A DNA stretch of 64,000 nucleotides from an uncultured Candidatus Saccharibacteria bacterium (GCA_903859365.1 CAIOMD010000013.1:1081-65080); one strand, 5' to 3'; positions 9,739 to 20,078 are shown, numbered from the stretch's first letter. Translations and numbers: made by a program. Notes: generated by a model not told the origin, from the letters alone.

Positions 9739-10791
9739 ATGCCAAGCAAATCTAAGTCAGCTATAAGTTCACTCGATCTCGAAGTGGCAACAAAAGCTGT
9801 CTTAAATTCAATCGAAAGAGAGCGAGAGCAAGAAATTATCTCTCGAAGATTTGGCCTCTTTGATCGCAAAGAAACTCTTGAACAAATAGGTGAATTTTTG
9901 GGAATCACGCGAGAGCGAGTTCGACAATTAGAAAAAGTTGTTGTTACGAAATTAAAATCTAGTGCTGCTAATAACAACCTTCAGGCAATTATTGACATAG
10001 ATAAAGAAATTCTTGATATCTTAAGCCGTAATGGAAACGTTATGCGCGTATCAGCGCTAGCAGGACTCTTGAGCAAGAATGGGGATAAAATAGACCAGGC
10101 TAGAATTGGATTCCTATGTGAGCTTTCTCCCCTATTAAGCGTTATCGAAGAAAGTGATCATTTCTATTACAGTGTTGGCTCCAGAGAAGTCAACGACGAA
10201 AAGAAAATCAGAGAACTATCTAATAAAATTGTTGAGATAATCAAAAAAAATGGTGTGCCGGCAGAAATTCAGAAAGTGGCAGAGCAACTAAAAGATAATG
10301 ATGTTACCCATGTTGCATCACTTGCAAGCACTTCAAAACACTTAGCTCAACTCAATGGCCAATGGGGACTCGCTAAATGGCCAACTGTTAATCCCCGAAA
10401 TATCCGTGACAAGATTTACGTTATTCTAAAAGAAAACCAAAAACATATGCATTTTAATGAAATTGCAGAAGCTATAAAGATTTCTGAATTTAAAAGAAAA
10501 GATGTCACCACACAAGCAATTCATAACGAACTTATAAAAGACAAGCGATTCGTATTGATCGGTAGAGGCATTTACGCACTTTCAGAGTGGGGTTACAAAA
10601 AGGGAACAGTTGCTGATACTATTTCTGAAGTACTAGCAGAAGCTGGAGAGGCACTGCATAGAGATGAAATTGTTAAAAGAGTACTCAAGCATCGCTTCGT
10701 AAAAGAAACAACCATACTTCTTAATTTACAGGGTAAAAACCAATTTAAGAGAGTTGCAAAAGCTACTTACGCGCTTGAAGACTTATCTTAA
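9739..10791 (+). CDS. Sigma70 region-4-like HTH fused to winged-helix (HARE-HTH / RNAP delta-like) domains
   Basis: N-terminal RRFGL..ETLEQIG..LGITRERVRQLE; C-terminal HFNEIA..IHNELIKDKRFVLIGRGIYALSEW; no sigma region 2 visible. Confidence 0.75.
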   Translation: MPSKSKSAISSLDLEVATKAVLNSIEREREQEIISRRFGLFDRKETLEQIGEFLGITRERVRQLEKVVVTKLKSSAANNNLQAIIDIDKEILDILSRNGNVMRVSALAGLLSKNGDKIDQARIGFLCELSPLLSVIEESDHFYYSVGSREVNDEKKIRELSNKIVEIIKKNGVPAEIQKVAEQLKDNDVTHVASLASTSKHLAQLNGQWGLAKWPTVNPRNIRDKIYVILKENQKHMHFNEIAEAIKISEFKRKDVTTQAIHNELIKDKRFVLIGRGIYALSEWGYKKGTVADTISEVLAEAGEALHRDEIVKRVLKHRFVKETTILLNLQGKNQFKRVAKATYALEDLS

Positions 10792-10854
10792 AGTGCAGTC
10801 TGATTAATTCGGATGTATAATACTTCTTGTGGCTAAATTAAAATTGTATTAAAA

Positions 10855-13395
10855 ATGTCTATCACTCATTCCAAACACGCACTATTATTGCTGCAAATTC
10901 CTCGCACCAATGATAAAAAAGAACTCGCTGCCGAACAAATGTTTGCGGCTCTTCATGGTATCTTAAAACCTAAGCGAGAAGTGGTTAAGGGGCTCCAGGA
11001 TCACATCAGTTTTGAAATTGCAGCCATAGGACAGCAGATTCGATTTTACGTATGGGTACCACGTTCATTACAAGGGTTCGTTGAAGGCCAAATATATGCC
11101 CAGTATCCGACTGCGCAGATATCTGAACTTGAAGAAGACTACGCAAATAGAATGATGCCTCAAACAACTATTCATACTGCCGAACTCACGCTCATAGATA
11201 ATGAGACAATACCGATAAAATCTTTCCCGAGTTTTGAAGTTGATCCGCTTGCCGCCATTACTGCAACTTTTTCAAAATTAGAACAACCCAATGAAGAAAT
11301 GTGGGTTCAGGTTATTGTGCGACCAATTTCTGATGACTGGCACAAGCAAAGTTCACGAATTGCCAATAGGATCAAAAGTGGTAAAGGTATAAGGGGGTCT
11401 AACGGGATTTCTGCAGGATTCAACTACCTAGGACAAGCCTTAGGCGCTTTAGTTCGTCCCCCGTCAGAATCAGGTAAAATTTACGAACCTTCCGAGCGAG
11501 ATAAGACAAGAATTGCGGCAATTGAAGAAAAAAGTCGAAAACTAGGGTATCAGGTTAAAATACGGATTGTTTACGCTGGCAATGATCAAGTAACTGCAAG
11601 AATGCGAATGCAGGCGATGGTTGGTACGTTCAAACAATTTAATACAACCAACCTTAATGGCTTTGAGAATAAGTTTCCGAGTTTTGACCCAAGTAAATTA
11701 GCTGATTATCATGCAAGAGCCTTTCACGATAGAGGTTTTATTCTAAATATTGAAGAGGTGGCCAGCCTGTACCACTTACCTCATACTACTGTCGAAACAC
11801 CAAATATAGTATGGGCTACAACAAAAACTGCAGAACCACCCTCCACGCTTCCTTCATTTGGCCAGCATGATGAAAAAACCATAAGTCTCTACGGAACTAC
11901 TAATTTCAGAGGAACAAAAACTATGTTTGGCCTGCTTAGGGCTGACAGGGGAAGGCATGTGTATGTTCTTGGCCAAACAGGCGCAGGAAAATCGGGACTT
12001 CTTGAACTACTGACTCTTTCTGACATCTACTATGATCAGGGTTTTGCTGTTATAGATCCGCATGGCGATTATGCCTCTAACGTACTACAGTTTATTCCCG
12101 AAAGACGAATTAAAGATGTTATTTATTTCAATCCGGCGGATACTGAATTTCCAATGGGCTTTAACCCCCTTGAAGTATCTGATTCCGCAAGCAAGGGGCA
12201 GGTGAGCAGTGAGCTGGTCGGAGTACTAAAGCGAATGTTTGATTCATGGGGGCCGAGGCTTGAATACATCCTTCGCTTCACTATTCTCGCTTTACTAGAT
12301 TACCCAAATGCTACTATGCTCGATATTACTCGAATGTTAACAGAAAAGAAATTTAGGGAAGAAGTTATTACGCACATTGATGACCCTATTGTTCGAAACT
12401 TCTGGGTAACAGAATTTGCAAGCTGGAATGAAAAATTCGCAAGTGAAGCGGTTGCTCCAGTGCTTAACAAGGTAGGTGCTTTTACTGCAAACCCTATTAT
12501 TAGAAATATAATTGGGCAGCCTAAGAGCACTTTCAATATCCGCAAAATAATGGACGAAGGAAAGATACTTATCGTAAATCTCTCAAGAGGGCTGATTGGT
12601 GAGGATAATGCTGCAATTTTGGGTGCAATGCTTGTAACCAAAATTCAACTTGCGGCCATGAGCCGCGCTGATATTCCTCGACTTGAGGATCGTAAACCAT
12701 TCTATTTATATGTTGACGAATTCCAGAACTTTGCTACTGATAGCTTTGCAGTTATTTTAAGCGAAGCTCGTAAATACGCCCTTAATTTAACAATTGCGAA
12801 TCAATACATATCTCAGATGGAAGACACTGTCAGAAGCGCTGTATTTGGCAACGTGGGTACAATTATAACGTTCAGGGTAAGCCCAGATGATAGCCCATTC
12901 TTAGTTAAATACTTCGAACCACAATTTGAAGCAAGTGATTTATCCAATTTTCATAATAGGAATTTCGTTACGAGCATGAGCATTAATGGTGAAAAAGCTG
13001 CGGCATTTTCGGGAACTACCTTAAATATCCCAGCTTCACAAGTAAATAATTCCTCAAAAATAATTGAATATTCTCGTAAAATGTTTTCGGCCGATAAGCC
13101 AACTGTCGAGGAAATGATTAGGATCCAAACCCAAAAAAAAATAATCGAACCACAGAAACCAGTAATAACCCCGATTAACCAAAAAATTCCTGCAGCAATC
13201 ACGGCAACGTTATTAGAAACTGTGACCGAAGGTTCCTCAGAGAAAATTAGCCCAGCTAAAAAGAGAAGATTGCGAAGAAAGAAACAGGCAATACTACAAT
13301 CGGAAACTACATCCCAAACAACTGCTACAAAACCTGCGGCCATAGTTTCAGACGAAACTACAGCAGTAGATGACACTATACTGCGACTTCGATAA
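10855..13395 (+). CDS. Type IV secretion coupling protein-like / HerA-FtsK superfamily ATPase
   Basis: Walker A GQTGAGKS, IDPHGD, Walker B LYVDEFQNF, LSEARKY, ANQYISQ, GNVGT. Confidence 0.85.
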   Translation: MSITHSKHALLLLQIPRTNDKKELAAEQMFAALHGILKPKREVVKGLQDHISFEIAAIGQQIRFYVWVPRSLQGFVEGQIYAQYPTAQISELEEDYANRMMPQTTIHTAELTLIDNETIPIKSFPSFEVDPLAAITATFSKLEQPNEEMWVQVIVRPISDDWHKQSSRIANRIKSGKGIRGSNGISAGFNYLGQALGALVRPPSESGKIYEPSERDKTRIAAIEEKSRKLGYQVKIRIVYAGNDQVTARMRMQAMVGTFKQFNTTNLNGFENKFPSFDPSKLADYHARAFHDRGFILNIEEVASLYHLPHTTVETPNIVWATTKTAEPPSTLPSFGQHDEKTISLYGTTNFRGTKTMFGLLRADRGRHVYVLGQTGAGKSGLLELLTLSDIYYDQGFAVIDPHGDYASNVLQFIPERRIKDVIYFNPADTEFPMGFNPLEVSDSASKGQVSSELVGVLKRMFDSWGPRLEYILRFTILALLDYPNATMLDITRMLTEKKFREEVITHIDDPIVRNFWVTEFASWNEKFASEAVAPVLNKVGAFTANPIIRNIIGQPKSTFNIRKIMDEGKILIVNLSRGLIGEDNAAILGAMLVTKIQLAAMSRADIPRLEDRKPFYLYVDEFQNFATDSFAVILSEARKYALNLTIANQYISQMEDTVRSAVFGNVGTIITFRVSPDDSPFLVKYFEPQFEASDLSNFHNRNFVTSMSINGEKAAAFSGTTLNIPASQVNNSSKIIEYSRKMFSADKPTVEEMIRIQTQKKIIEPQKPVITPINQKIPAAITATLLETVTEGSSEKISPAKKRRLRRKKQAILQSETTSQTTATKPAAIVSDETTAVDDTILRLR

Positions 13396-13596
13396 TCATA
13401 TCCACCAAAAAATAGAACATTTTACGAACATAAAATAAATGATGATAACGGGACGACAAAGGTAATTAATAATTGATACGTTGGATGGTTAGTTTCTTTA
13501 GCAGAGGACTGAATAAGGGATCAGATAAAATTAGCTGAACAAGATATATTCATATGAGAGATGACCTATAGAAGGGCTTATTTGTCTGGTTCTACA

Positions 13597-13624
13597 ATGT
13601 CGCACAATATATCTTTTACGACAT
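13597..13624. other. dif-like Xer recombination site (11-6-11)
   Basis: ATGTCGCACAA-TATATC-TTTTACGACAT: imperfect inverted arms around a 6-nt AT-rich core, resembling E. coli dif GGTGCGCATAA-TGTATA-TTATGTTAAAT. Confidence 0.55.
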
Positions 13625-13780
13625 TAATTATACAAATAACCACGTTTCGTAGTGCGTTGCTAGCAGGGTATGTTTTACAAATATTTATATATTAAAGGGG
13701 CTACCGGTAGAAATTGATTATCACTTCTATACCGCTAAGATCAGCTCAGCTTTTCTTTTTAACAAAAGTGCTATATATAG

Positions 13781-13789
13781 TTATCCACA
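13781..13789 (+). promoter_or_regulatory. DnaA box
   Basis: Perfect TTATCCACA in an intergenic region. Confidence 0.6.
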
Positions 13790-13959
13790 GCTATATTTGC
13801 AATTTTGGTTCTTTTGTTGCTTTATTCACTTTTCCCCACCTCTTCCCCTTTTTTTTAAAATATTTGCTTTTTTAAGATATTGTTGGTGTTATATGGAAAG
13901 ATTAGCTAAACCTACGCAAATCTAATACGAACAATTTACGAACATAGTGTAGTGGGGGG

Positions 13960-14850
13960 CTACAGATAAAAAACTTTATCAGTAAGTCGAACATCAATAT
14001 ACTGTGACGGAGATTGTCCCAATTGTTTTAGTTTCAACTCGGTCGCCCGTAGTGACCCATATTGAGATAGGATACTCGTATCGAGAGAGTACTTAGCGTA
14101 ATACGGCTTCCCTGCTTCTTTTACATTTATTTCATAAGGATTATTGGTTAAAGAAAAGGTTGGAAAACTGTTCTCAGTGCTGTATTGCGCGTTAAGTTGA
14201 AGTAAATCATTTGCTTCATCAGGAGAAAGCACTTGTTCCCCTGCTTTGTTGTTTAGCCCGGAGTTATTAATTATCCGTGGCAGCGATTGATACATTTTCA
14301 AGGCATCACCTACTGCTAGAAGTGCCTTACCAGATTGGCTGATGATATAATCTGGCGCACCTTTTTGCTCGAAAATCATAAAGGCCTTCCCCGTAACTAT
14401 TGTTATGACAGGGTTATGACCTAGAAGCGAGGAACCAACTTTAATAGACGACGCCTCTGGGAAAAGTTCCGCTAATTTAGAAGAAGCATCCTGAGACTGA
14501 AGTAAAAATTTTAGCCTGTTTCTTGCGTCGCTGGATAGTACTTGTTGGGCCAACTGTTGATATGATTTCAAAGATCTATATTGCACTCCATCAACCTTAA
14601 TAACAGGATCGGAGCCAAGGAGTGAAGAATATATGCAGATAAAGATAACAAAAATTATAACGACTGATCTCGTAATATTACTTTTTGTAATTTTTAGTTT
14701 CGGCTTGATCCGCATTGATTCTGCTCTTCCACGGCTTCTTTCGAATGTATCCAATTGCTTACGAGAAGCTGAATAATACGAAATGACTTTTTCAGAATTC
14801 TGAGAATTATTTGGTCGGCGCCCCACCTCTTTTACCTTTTTTTTAAACAT
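13960..14850 (-). CDS. FtsQ/DivIB-like cell division protein
   Basis: Basic cytoplasmic N-terminus, single TM helix, C-terminal YIDVR motif, last gene of the dcw cluster after murG. Confidence 0.7.
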   Translation of the reverse strand: MFKKKVKEVGRRPNNSQNSEKVISYYSASRKQLDTFERSRGRAESMRIKPKLKITKSNITRSVVIIFVIFICIYSSLLGSDPVIKVDGVQYRSLKSYQQLAQQVLSSDARNRLKFLLQSQDASSKLAELFPEASSIKVGSSLLGHNPVITIVTGKAFMIFEQKGAPDYIISQSGKALLAVGDALKMYQSLPRIINNSGLNNKAGEQVLSPDEANDLLQLNAQYSTENSFPTFSLTNNPYEINVKEAGKPYYAKYSLDTSILSQYGSLRATELKLKQLGQSPSQYIDVRLTDKVFYL

Positions 14851-16015
14851 TTTTGTTAATGGCCTCCATTAAAACTCCTACGATATTCTTTGCGGCATGA
14901 GGCACCGCAAGTTTGCTTAAATTATGAGCCATTTTTATTCTTAAATTTTTATCATTTTCCAGCATTAAGATTTCATTAAGCAGAACTTTACCTTCTGATA
15001 TTTCTAATTCTTTTTCGTCTACTAAAATTCCAGCATCATTTGCCTTAATCATTTCCGCATTCTTGGTTTGATGCCCACCTGTTAAAATCGGGTTTGGTAC
15101 TAATATTACACATTTTTGTTGAGCGCTTAATTCATGAATACTGCTACCTGCTCGCGAAACAACTATATCTGATGCTGCGGTTATCGTCTTTAAATCATTC
15201 GTATACGATAATACTAGAATTTTTTTTCTGATAGCTTCTTCGTATTTACTATATTCATCCTGGATATCTTTAAAATGAGCCTTACCGGTAACATGAATAA
15301 TAATTCTTTCATCTGAACCAGCTAAATAGTCTTTTGCAATTTGCTGTACAGCATTATTTAAACGAAGTGCTCCCAGACTTCCTCCAATAAAAGAAACTAC
15401 AAAATTAGTGTCCTTTAATCCAAGATGCTTTTTAGCACTAGTTTCAATTTCGGGTGTAACTGTAACAATATCTTCATTAATCGGGAGGCCGGTGCGGCGA
15501 ATTGTTTTTCTGTCATACTTGTATGATTCTATAGGCATCGCAACAGCTTGCAATTTCGAGTACCTCGATAAAATTCTATTTGTAAGGCCAGGTACTGCAT
15601 CAGAATCATGAGTCACAACAGGAATCCTCAATAATGCACCAGCTAGCCCAACTGGAAGTCCCACGAATCCACCCTTTACAAAAATAACATCTGGCCTCCA
15701 AAAGACGAGATGACCAATGCTTTGAATAAAGCCAAATAAAAATAGAAATAAATCACGTATATTTTTTAAAGTAATACGTGGATCCTTTACGTACACCAGC
15801 TTACTTATCTTGTGATATCTTCTGAACTTACCAGCGAAGATTAAATAAGACTTTTCAAAATCTTTAGAGTTTTTAACAAGATTTCCGAAACTATCTCCAT
15901 AATTTCCGATATATCGAATTGACGCACTAGGTTGCTCTTTTTTAAGCTCAGATGCTACTGCGAGTAATGGTGTAACGTGGCCGGCTGTTCCTCCGCCTGT
16001 CATCATGACTTTCAT
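14843..16015 (-). CDS. murG: MurG lipid II GlcNAc transferase
   Basis: TGGGTAGHVTP, KGGFVGLP, GGSLGA, SRAG, HQTKNA. Confidence 0.96.
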   Translation of the reverse strand: MKVMMTGGGTAGHVTPLLAVASELKKEQPSASIRYIGNYGDSFGNLVKNSKDFEKSYLIFAGKFRRYHKISKLVYVKDPRITLKNIRDLFLFLFGFIQSIGHLVFWRPDVIFVKGGFVGLPVGLAGALLRIPVVTHDSDAVPGLTNRILSRYSKLQAVAMPIESYKYDRKTIRRTGLPINEDIVTVTPEIETSAKKHLGLKDTNFVVSFIGGSLGALRLNNAVQQIAKDYLAGSDERIIIHVTGKAHFKDIQDEYSKYEEAIRKKILVLSYTNDLKTITAASDIVVSRAGSSIHELSAQQKCVILVPNPILTGGHQTKNAEMIKANDAGILVDEKELEISEGKVLLNEILMLENDKNLRIKMAHNLSKLAVPHAAKNIVGVLMEAINKNV

Positions 16016-17189
16016 TCGAGCTCCTTTCGTCTTCGAATCCTTTTATATTCTGTCTAATATTCGTAAGTGAAGATATCTGGAAAACAACTCCCACTGCAGC
16101 CATAGTAAAGATCATACTAGTACCTCCATAGCTTATAAAGGGTAACGGAATACCCTTGAGTGGTGCAAGCCCTATCATGGCACAAATATTAAAAGTAGCC
16201 TGGAAGGCAATCCAAGTAAATGCAGCCACAGCAACAAGTTGATATGCTCGATTAGGTGCATATTTTATGACATCAATTATTCGGAATAATAGTGCTGCAA
16301 AAATACTAAGCAATACCATACAACCAATAAAGCCAAACTTTTCTGCAAAAATCGCAAAAATTGAGTCATTAGTCGATTCAGGTAAATAGCCAAAATCTTG
16401 TACACTATTCCCAACTCCAAGACCCAATAGTCCCCCACTTCCAACTCCTACGAGAGCCTGGCATTCTTGATAGCCCGTCGAAGAGCAATCTCTTTGAGGC
16501 TGTAAAAAATTAAGAAATCGATCTCTTCGATATGGAGTACTCGAGATCGCAATAATTATTAAAAATACTACTGCTAAAACCGTTATCATAAAACCTTTTA
16601 TTTTAACGCCCGCAATAAAAAGCATGGCAAAAAGCATCATAAGTAACACTATGGTGGAGCCAAGATCTTTTTGAAGAAAAATTATCGTGATTGCATAAAC
16701 CGCTACAATGGAAAGTTCTATTTTCATTTTTCGAATTGAAAAATGTTTATGTTCTTTAACAAAATTTGCTAAATAAAACCCACCTAAAATCATAAAAATA
16801 AATTTAACAAATTCAACTGGTTGAAAAGAAAGCATGCCAATCTGTAGCCACCTATTTCCAGTACCGCCAAGGATGATAGTGGCAACAATCATTAAGAAAC
16901 TGATGATAATGAGATGTTTCTGGTATTTAAGAAAATTAGGTAATGGAAATTTAAAGGCTGCAAAAAAAGCGACGAGGCCGAGAAGCACATCAACAAATTG
17001 TCTTCCAACAAAATAATTAGCCGTAACATTTCCCCCTTCAGCAGCAAGTGCTGGGCCAATTGAGTAAATAAGAATAAGCCCTATCCCCATGAGAATCAAA
17101 ACAAGAACGAGTATCCAATGATCGGGCCTATGTTTGCGCACTGGAAGCTCACCTACGCCATTCTGGCGGCGCTCAGTGCGCGAGATCAT
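15948..17189 (-). CDS. ftsW: SEDS family peptidoglycan polymerase FtsW
   Basis: Polytopic membrane protein with RWL, FQPVEFVK, QKDLGS, LPESTNDSIF, PLKGIPLPFISYGGTS; start moved to ATG 17189, which overlaps the mraY stop. Confidence 0.92.
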   Translation of the reverse strand: MISRTERRQNGVGELPVRKHRPDHWILVLVLILMGIGLILIYSIGPALAAEGGNVTANYFVGRQFVDVLLGLVAFFAAFKFPLPNFLKYQKHLIIISFLMIVATIILGGTGNRWLQIGMLSFQPVEFVKFIFMILGGFYLANFVKEHKHFSIRKMKIELSIVAVYAITIIFLQKDLGSTIVLLMMLFAMLFIAGVKIKGFMITVLAVVFLIIIAISSTPYRRDRFLNFLQPQRDCSSTGYQECQALVGVGSGGLLGLGVGNSVQDFGYLPESTNDSIFAIFAEKFGFIGCMVLLSIFAALLFRIIDVIKYAPNRAYQLVAVAAFTWIAFQATFNICAMIGLAPLKGIPLPFISYGGTSMIFTMAAVGVVFQISSLTNIRQNIKGFEDERSSNESHDDRRRNSRPRYTITRSSI

Positions 17190-18226
17190 ACAAATCCCCC
17201 AACTATTGCCAGTAGTATGCCTACGCTTGCGAAAACGGTTCCTAGAACCCAAAACCGCATAGTAACTTTAGTTTCTGGCCATCCTATTGCTTCATAATGA
17301 TGATGGATAGGACTTATCCTGAAAATCTTTTTACCATTTCTAAGTTTCTTGGATAAAACCTGAAGTATTACAGACCCTGCTTCAGCAACAAATACGAACC
17401 CTATAACTGGTAATAAGAACAATGTATCAGTCATCATAGCAACAACTCCTAGAGTTGTACCTAGAGCAAAACTGCCTACATCCCCCATAAAAAAACGAGC
17501 GGGGAAAATATTAAACCAAATATATGATAATAGTGATCCTACGATAGTCAAGCAAAATGTCGCAAGTGCGTATTTTCCTTGGAACAAGGCGATTACGGAA
17601 TATGCCGTAAAAGATGTGGCCAAAAGTCCCCCTGCCAAACCATCCAATCCATCGGAAATATTCACCGCGTTGGCAGTAGCAACAACAACCAACACAAAAA
17701 TAGGAATTATAATCCAGCCGACCATCAGCGTTCCAGAACCGGGTAAATGAATAGAGTTAAATCCATCCTTTTGGTAGAACCACCACCCACTCACTGAGGC
17801 TACTGATGCTACAAGAAGTAATTTGATCTTGGATCGCAACCCAGCGACTCCTGAGCCATCCCCTTTAATATTAATGTAATCGTCGAGTAATCCCACTAAT
17901 CCAGCACCCAGGAGAGCAGCGAGCGGAAGCCAGGTTTGTCCTCTATCAAGATTGAATATGATGGTAACTACTGAAACGGCAACTACCATAATAAGTCCGG
18001 CCATTGTTGGTATATTTCTTCTATGCTTCTCACCATGTAATTTTTGTAGCTCAGTTGCTTTTTCACCAGTCAAGGTTGTTGTGCGCAGTTTTTTCCACCA
18101 ACGATACTTATAGGCAATAGTCGTGTAAATTGGAGTTAATAGAATGCTAAAAGCAAAACCAAAAAAACCTAACATAAAAATGTGAACCAAGGATGAATGC
18201 TGGATTGATAAGAGTGTATTTGTCAT
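17186..18226 (-). CDS. mraY: Phospho-MurNAc-pentapeptide transferase
   Basis: PTMAG, GLLDD, NAVNISDGLDGL, FMGDVGS, PIHHHYE. Confidence 0.97.
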   Translation of the reverse strand: MTNTLLSIQHSSLVHIFMLGFFGFAFSILLTPIYTTIAYKYRWWKKLRTTTLTGEKATELQKLHGEKHRRNIPTMAGLIMVVAVSVVTIIFNLDRGQTWLPLAALLGAGLVGLLDDYINIKGDGSGVAGLRSKIKLLLVASVASVSGWWFYQKDGFNSIHLPGSGTLMVGWIIIPIFVLVVVATANAVNISDGLDGLAGGLLATSFTAYSVIALFQGKYALATFCLTIVGSLLSYIWFNIFPARFFMGDVGSFALGTTLGVVAMMTDTLFLLPVIGFVFVAEAGSVILQVLSKKLRNGKKIFRISPIHHHYEAIGWPETKVTMRFWVLGTVFASVGILLAIVGGFV

Positions 18227-18281
18227 AATTTTTTTGTATTTAGTGAGCTTTGCTTATTAAGTAATTATACCATAATATCCT

Positions 18282-20078
18282 TTAGCTGGATTTTGGTTGT
18301 ATGGGAAAATCGTCCAATATTTGATTACTTATAGTTGTCCATACTTTTGCCGCCGCTGCGCTTGCAAATCCTGACGTCTGAGGACCATCCAGGCGAACCA
18401 GAATTATATACTTAGCATTATCCCCACCAATAAAACCAACGTAGGCACCATTATAGGAGTTGGTTTTATAGCCACCTTTGCCATCAGCTTGCTGGGCGGT
18501 ACCACTCTTAGCGCCAATACTATACCCTGCTCTTGTTGCGCTGCTGTTATTGGCATTTAAAGAATTAATCATGAGCGCTCTAACTTCTTGACTTGCATTT
18601 GCAGAAACAACATTCGATTTCACTATTTGTGGCTTAAAGTTATAGACCACATTTCCATCAGAAGACTCTGATTGCACCAAAGATGGCATATAATAAGTTC
18701 CACCATTAGTGAGGGCAGCATACGCTGCTGCTAATTGTATTGGAGTTACCGTAATCCCTTGACCGAAAGCCATATTAGCATAACGTAGATCGACTGCTTC
18801 GCCTGCATTAGGTTTATTCACGAAACCGCTCGATTCACCGACCTGTTCTATATTCGTAGGATTTCCAAATTGATAATGATTAGTTAAATAATCATAAAAA
18901 TTTTGTCGCGCTTTATCAGTTATTGGTCCATCATTAATACTCGAATAATCTGCTTGTTGCAGTTGCTGTGGTGTTGCTCCGAGGGTCTTTAGAACAAATA
19001 CAGCCCCCACATTCAGTGATTTACTAATGACATCCTGAAGCGACATCATTTGTGGACCCCAATTAATAGAATTACTAATAGAAAACCCGTCTACTGTAAC
19101 TGAGTTAGTATCTTTATATGTGGTGCTTGGACTAGCAGTACCCAAGGTGAATGCAGCACCCATGAGAAGAGGCTTCATTACCGAACCAGGCTCCCACGCA
19201 TTTGACACAGCTAGATTTGAAAATACTGAGGGATCGCTAACGGTAGCAAAATTAGAAGGATCATACGTTGGAAAATCTGCCATAGCTTTAATCGCACCAG
19301 TGTTGGCATCCATAATAAGTGCGCTCCCCTGTGTTGCGCCGTCTTGCTGCACACCCTCTCGAAGCGCTCGCTCAACAATGTTTTGCATTGCAATATCCAA
19401 AGTGAGAGTTACATCTTTTGGAGTAATCTCTTTTTGCTTAACAACGGTATTTCCTAAAACAAGTGGTACTCCATTCACGTCTGTAACTTTATAAACTTCA
19501 CCAGCTTGACCAGCTAGATCCTTATTGAGTGCTTGCTCTACCCCATATTGACCTTGCCCATCATCATTAACGAATCCTAAAACTTGTGAAGCAAGCTGTC
19601 CTTGGGGATATGTACGCTCATTCTTTTCCTGTAGAGTTATTCCAACTAAATTGAGCGACTTTATTTTATCTGCAGTTACCTGATCAACTTTTTTAGCAAG
19701 AACTGAATATTGTGTTTTAGATATCAGTAATTTTTTTAATGAATCGGGATTCATGTTCAGAATTGGGCTAAGTTTAGAAACAGCATCATCAGCATTCTTA
19801 ATTATTGCAGGGTCTGCAATTACTGTATATTTGATGACATTTAAAACAGCTGGCACAGTGCCGCTTCCATCAGATAAATAGATAATACCTCTTGGTGATG
19901 AAGGGTTGAAAAGCCGTGAATGCTCTGACGACGCAGATTGCTGGTAATAATCATGTTTAATAATCTGAAGGTAAAATAATCTAGAAGTAAGAATAAAACC
20001 AGCAAGAATAAGGATCAATTTTAGCCAAATAATCCTATTAGAGCTATCAAATATAAAATTTGTTCTACTTTGCTTCAT
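18282..20078 (-). CDS. ftsI: Class B penicillin-binding protein (FtsI/PBP3-like)
   Basis: TM anchor, RG.I, RTYPQG, SxxK (EPGSVMK), SxN (SLN), KSGT; start taken at MKQSRT. Confidence 0.9.
   Translation of the reverse strand: MKQSRTNFIFDSSNRIIWLKLILILAGFILTSRLFYLQIIKHDYYQQSASSEHSRLFNPSSPRGIIYLSDGSGTVPAVLNVIKYTVIADPAIIKNADDAVSKLSPILNMNPDSLKKLLISKTQYSVLAKKVDQVTADKIKSLNLVGITLQEKNERTYPQGQLASQVLGFVNDDGQGQYGVEQALNKDLAGQAGEVYKVTDVNGVPLVLGNTVVKQKEITPKDVTLTLDIAMQNIVERALREGVQQDGATQGSALIMDANTGAIKAMADFPTYDPSNFATVSDPSVFSNLAVSNAWEPGSVMKPLLMGAAFTLGTASPSTTYKDTNSVTVDGFSISNSINWGPQMMSLQDVISKSLNVGAVFVLKTLGATPQQLQQADYSSINDGPITDKARQNFYDYLTNHYQFGNPTNIEQVGESSGFVNKPNAGEAVDLRYANMAFGQGITVTPIQLAAAYAALTNGGTYYMPSLVQSESSDGNVVYNFKPQIVKSNVVSANASQEVRALMINSLNANNSSATRAGYSIGAKSGTAQQADGKGGYKTNSYNGAYVGFIGGDNAKYIILVRLDGPQTSGFASAAAAKVWTTISNQILDDFPIQPKSS

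Larger units (their letters stand above)
13415..13946 (+). repeat. 18-bp direct repeat pair GAACAWTTTACGAACATA at 13415-13432 and 13929-13946
   Basis: GAACATTTTACGAACATA vs GAACAATTTACGAACATA (1 mismatch), at the two ends of the intergenic region. Confidence 0.7.

Noticed and set aside
10855..13395. Conjugative element or ICE
   Set aside because: No relaxase, integrase, VirB genes or obvious compositional shift; flanked by housekeeping genes
13826..13850. GTGGGGAAAG-like motif as extra MraZ boxes
   Set aside because: Only one good copy, differs from the GTGGGTAA boxes, and no downstream gene for it to control
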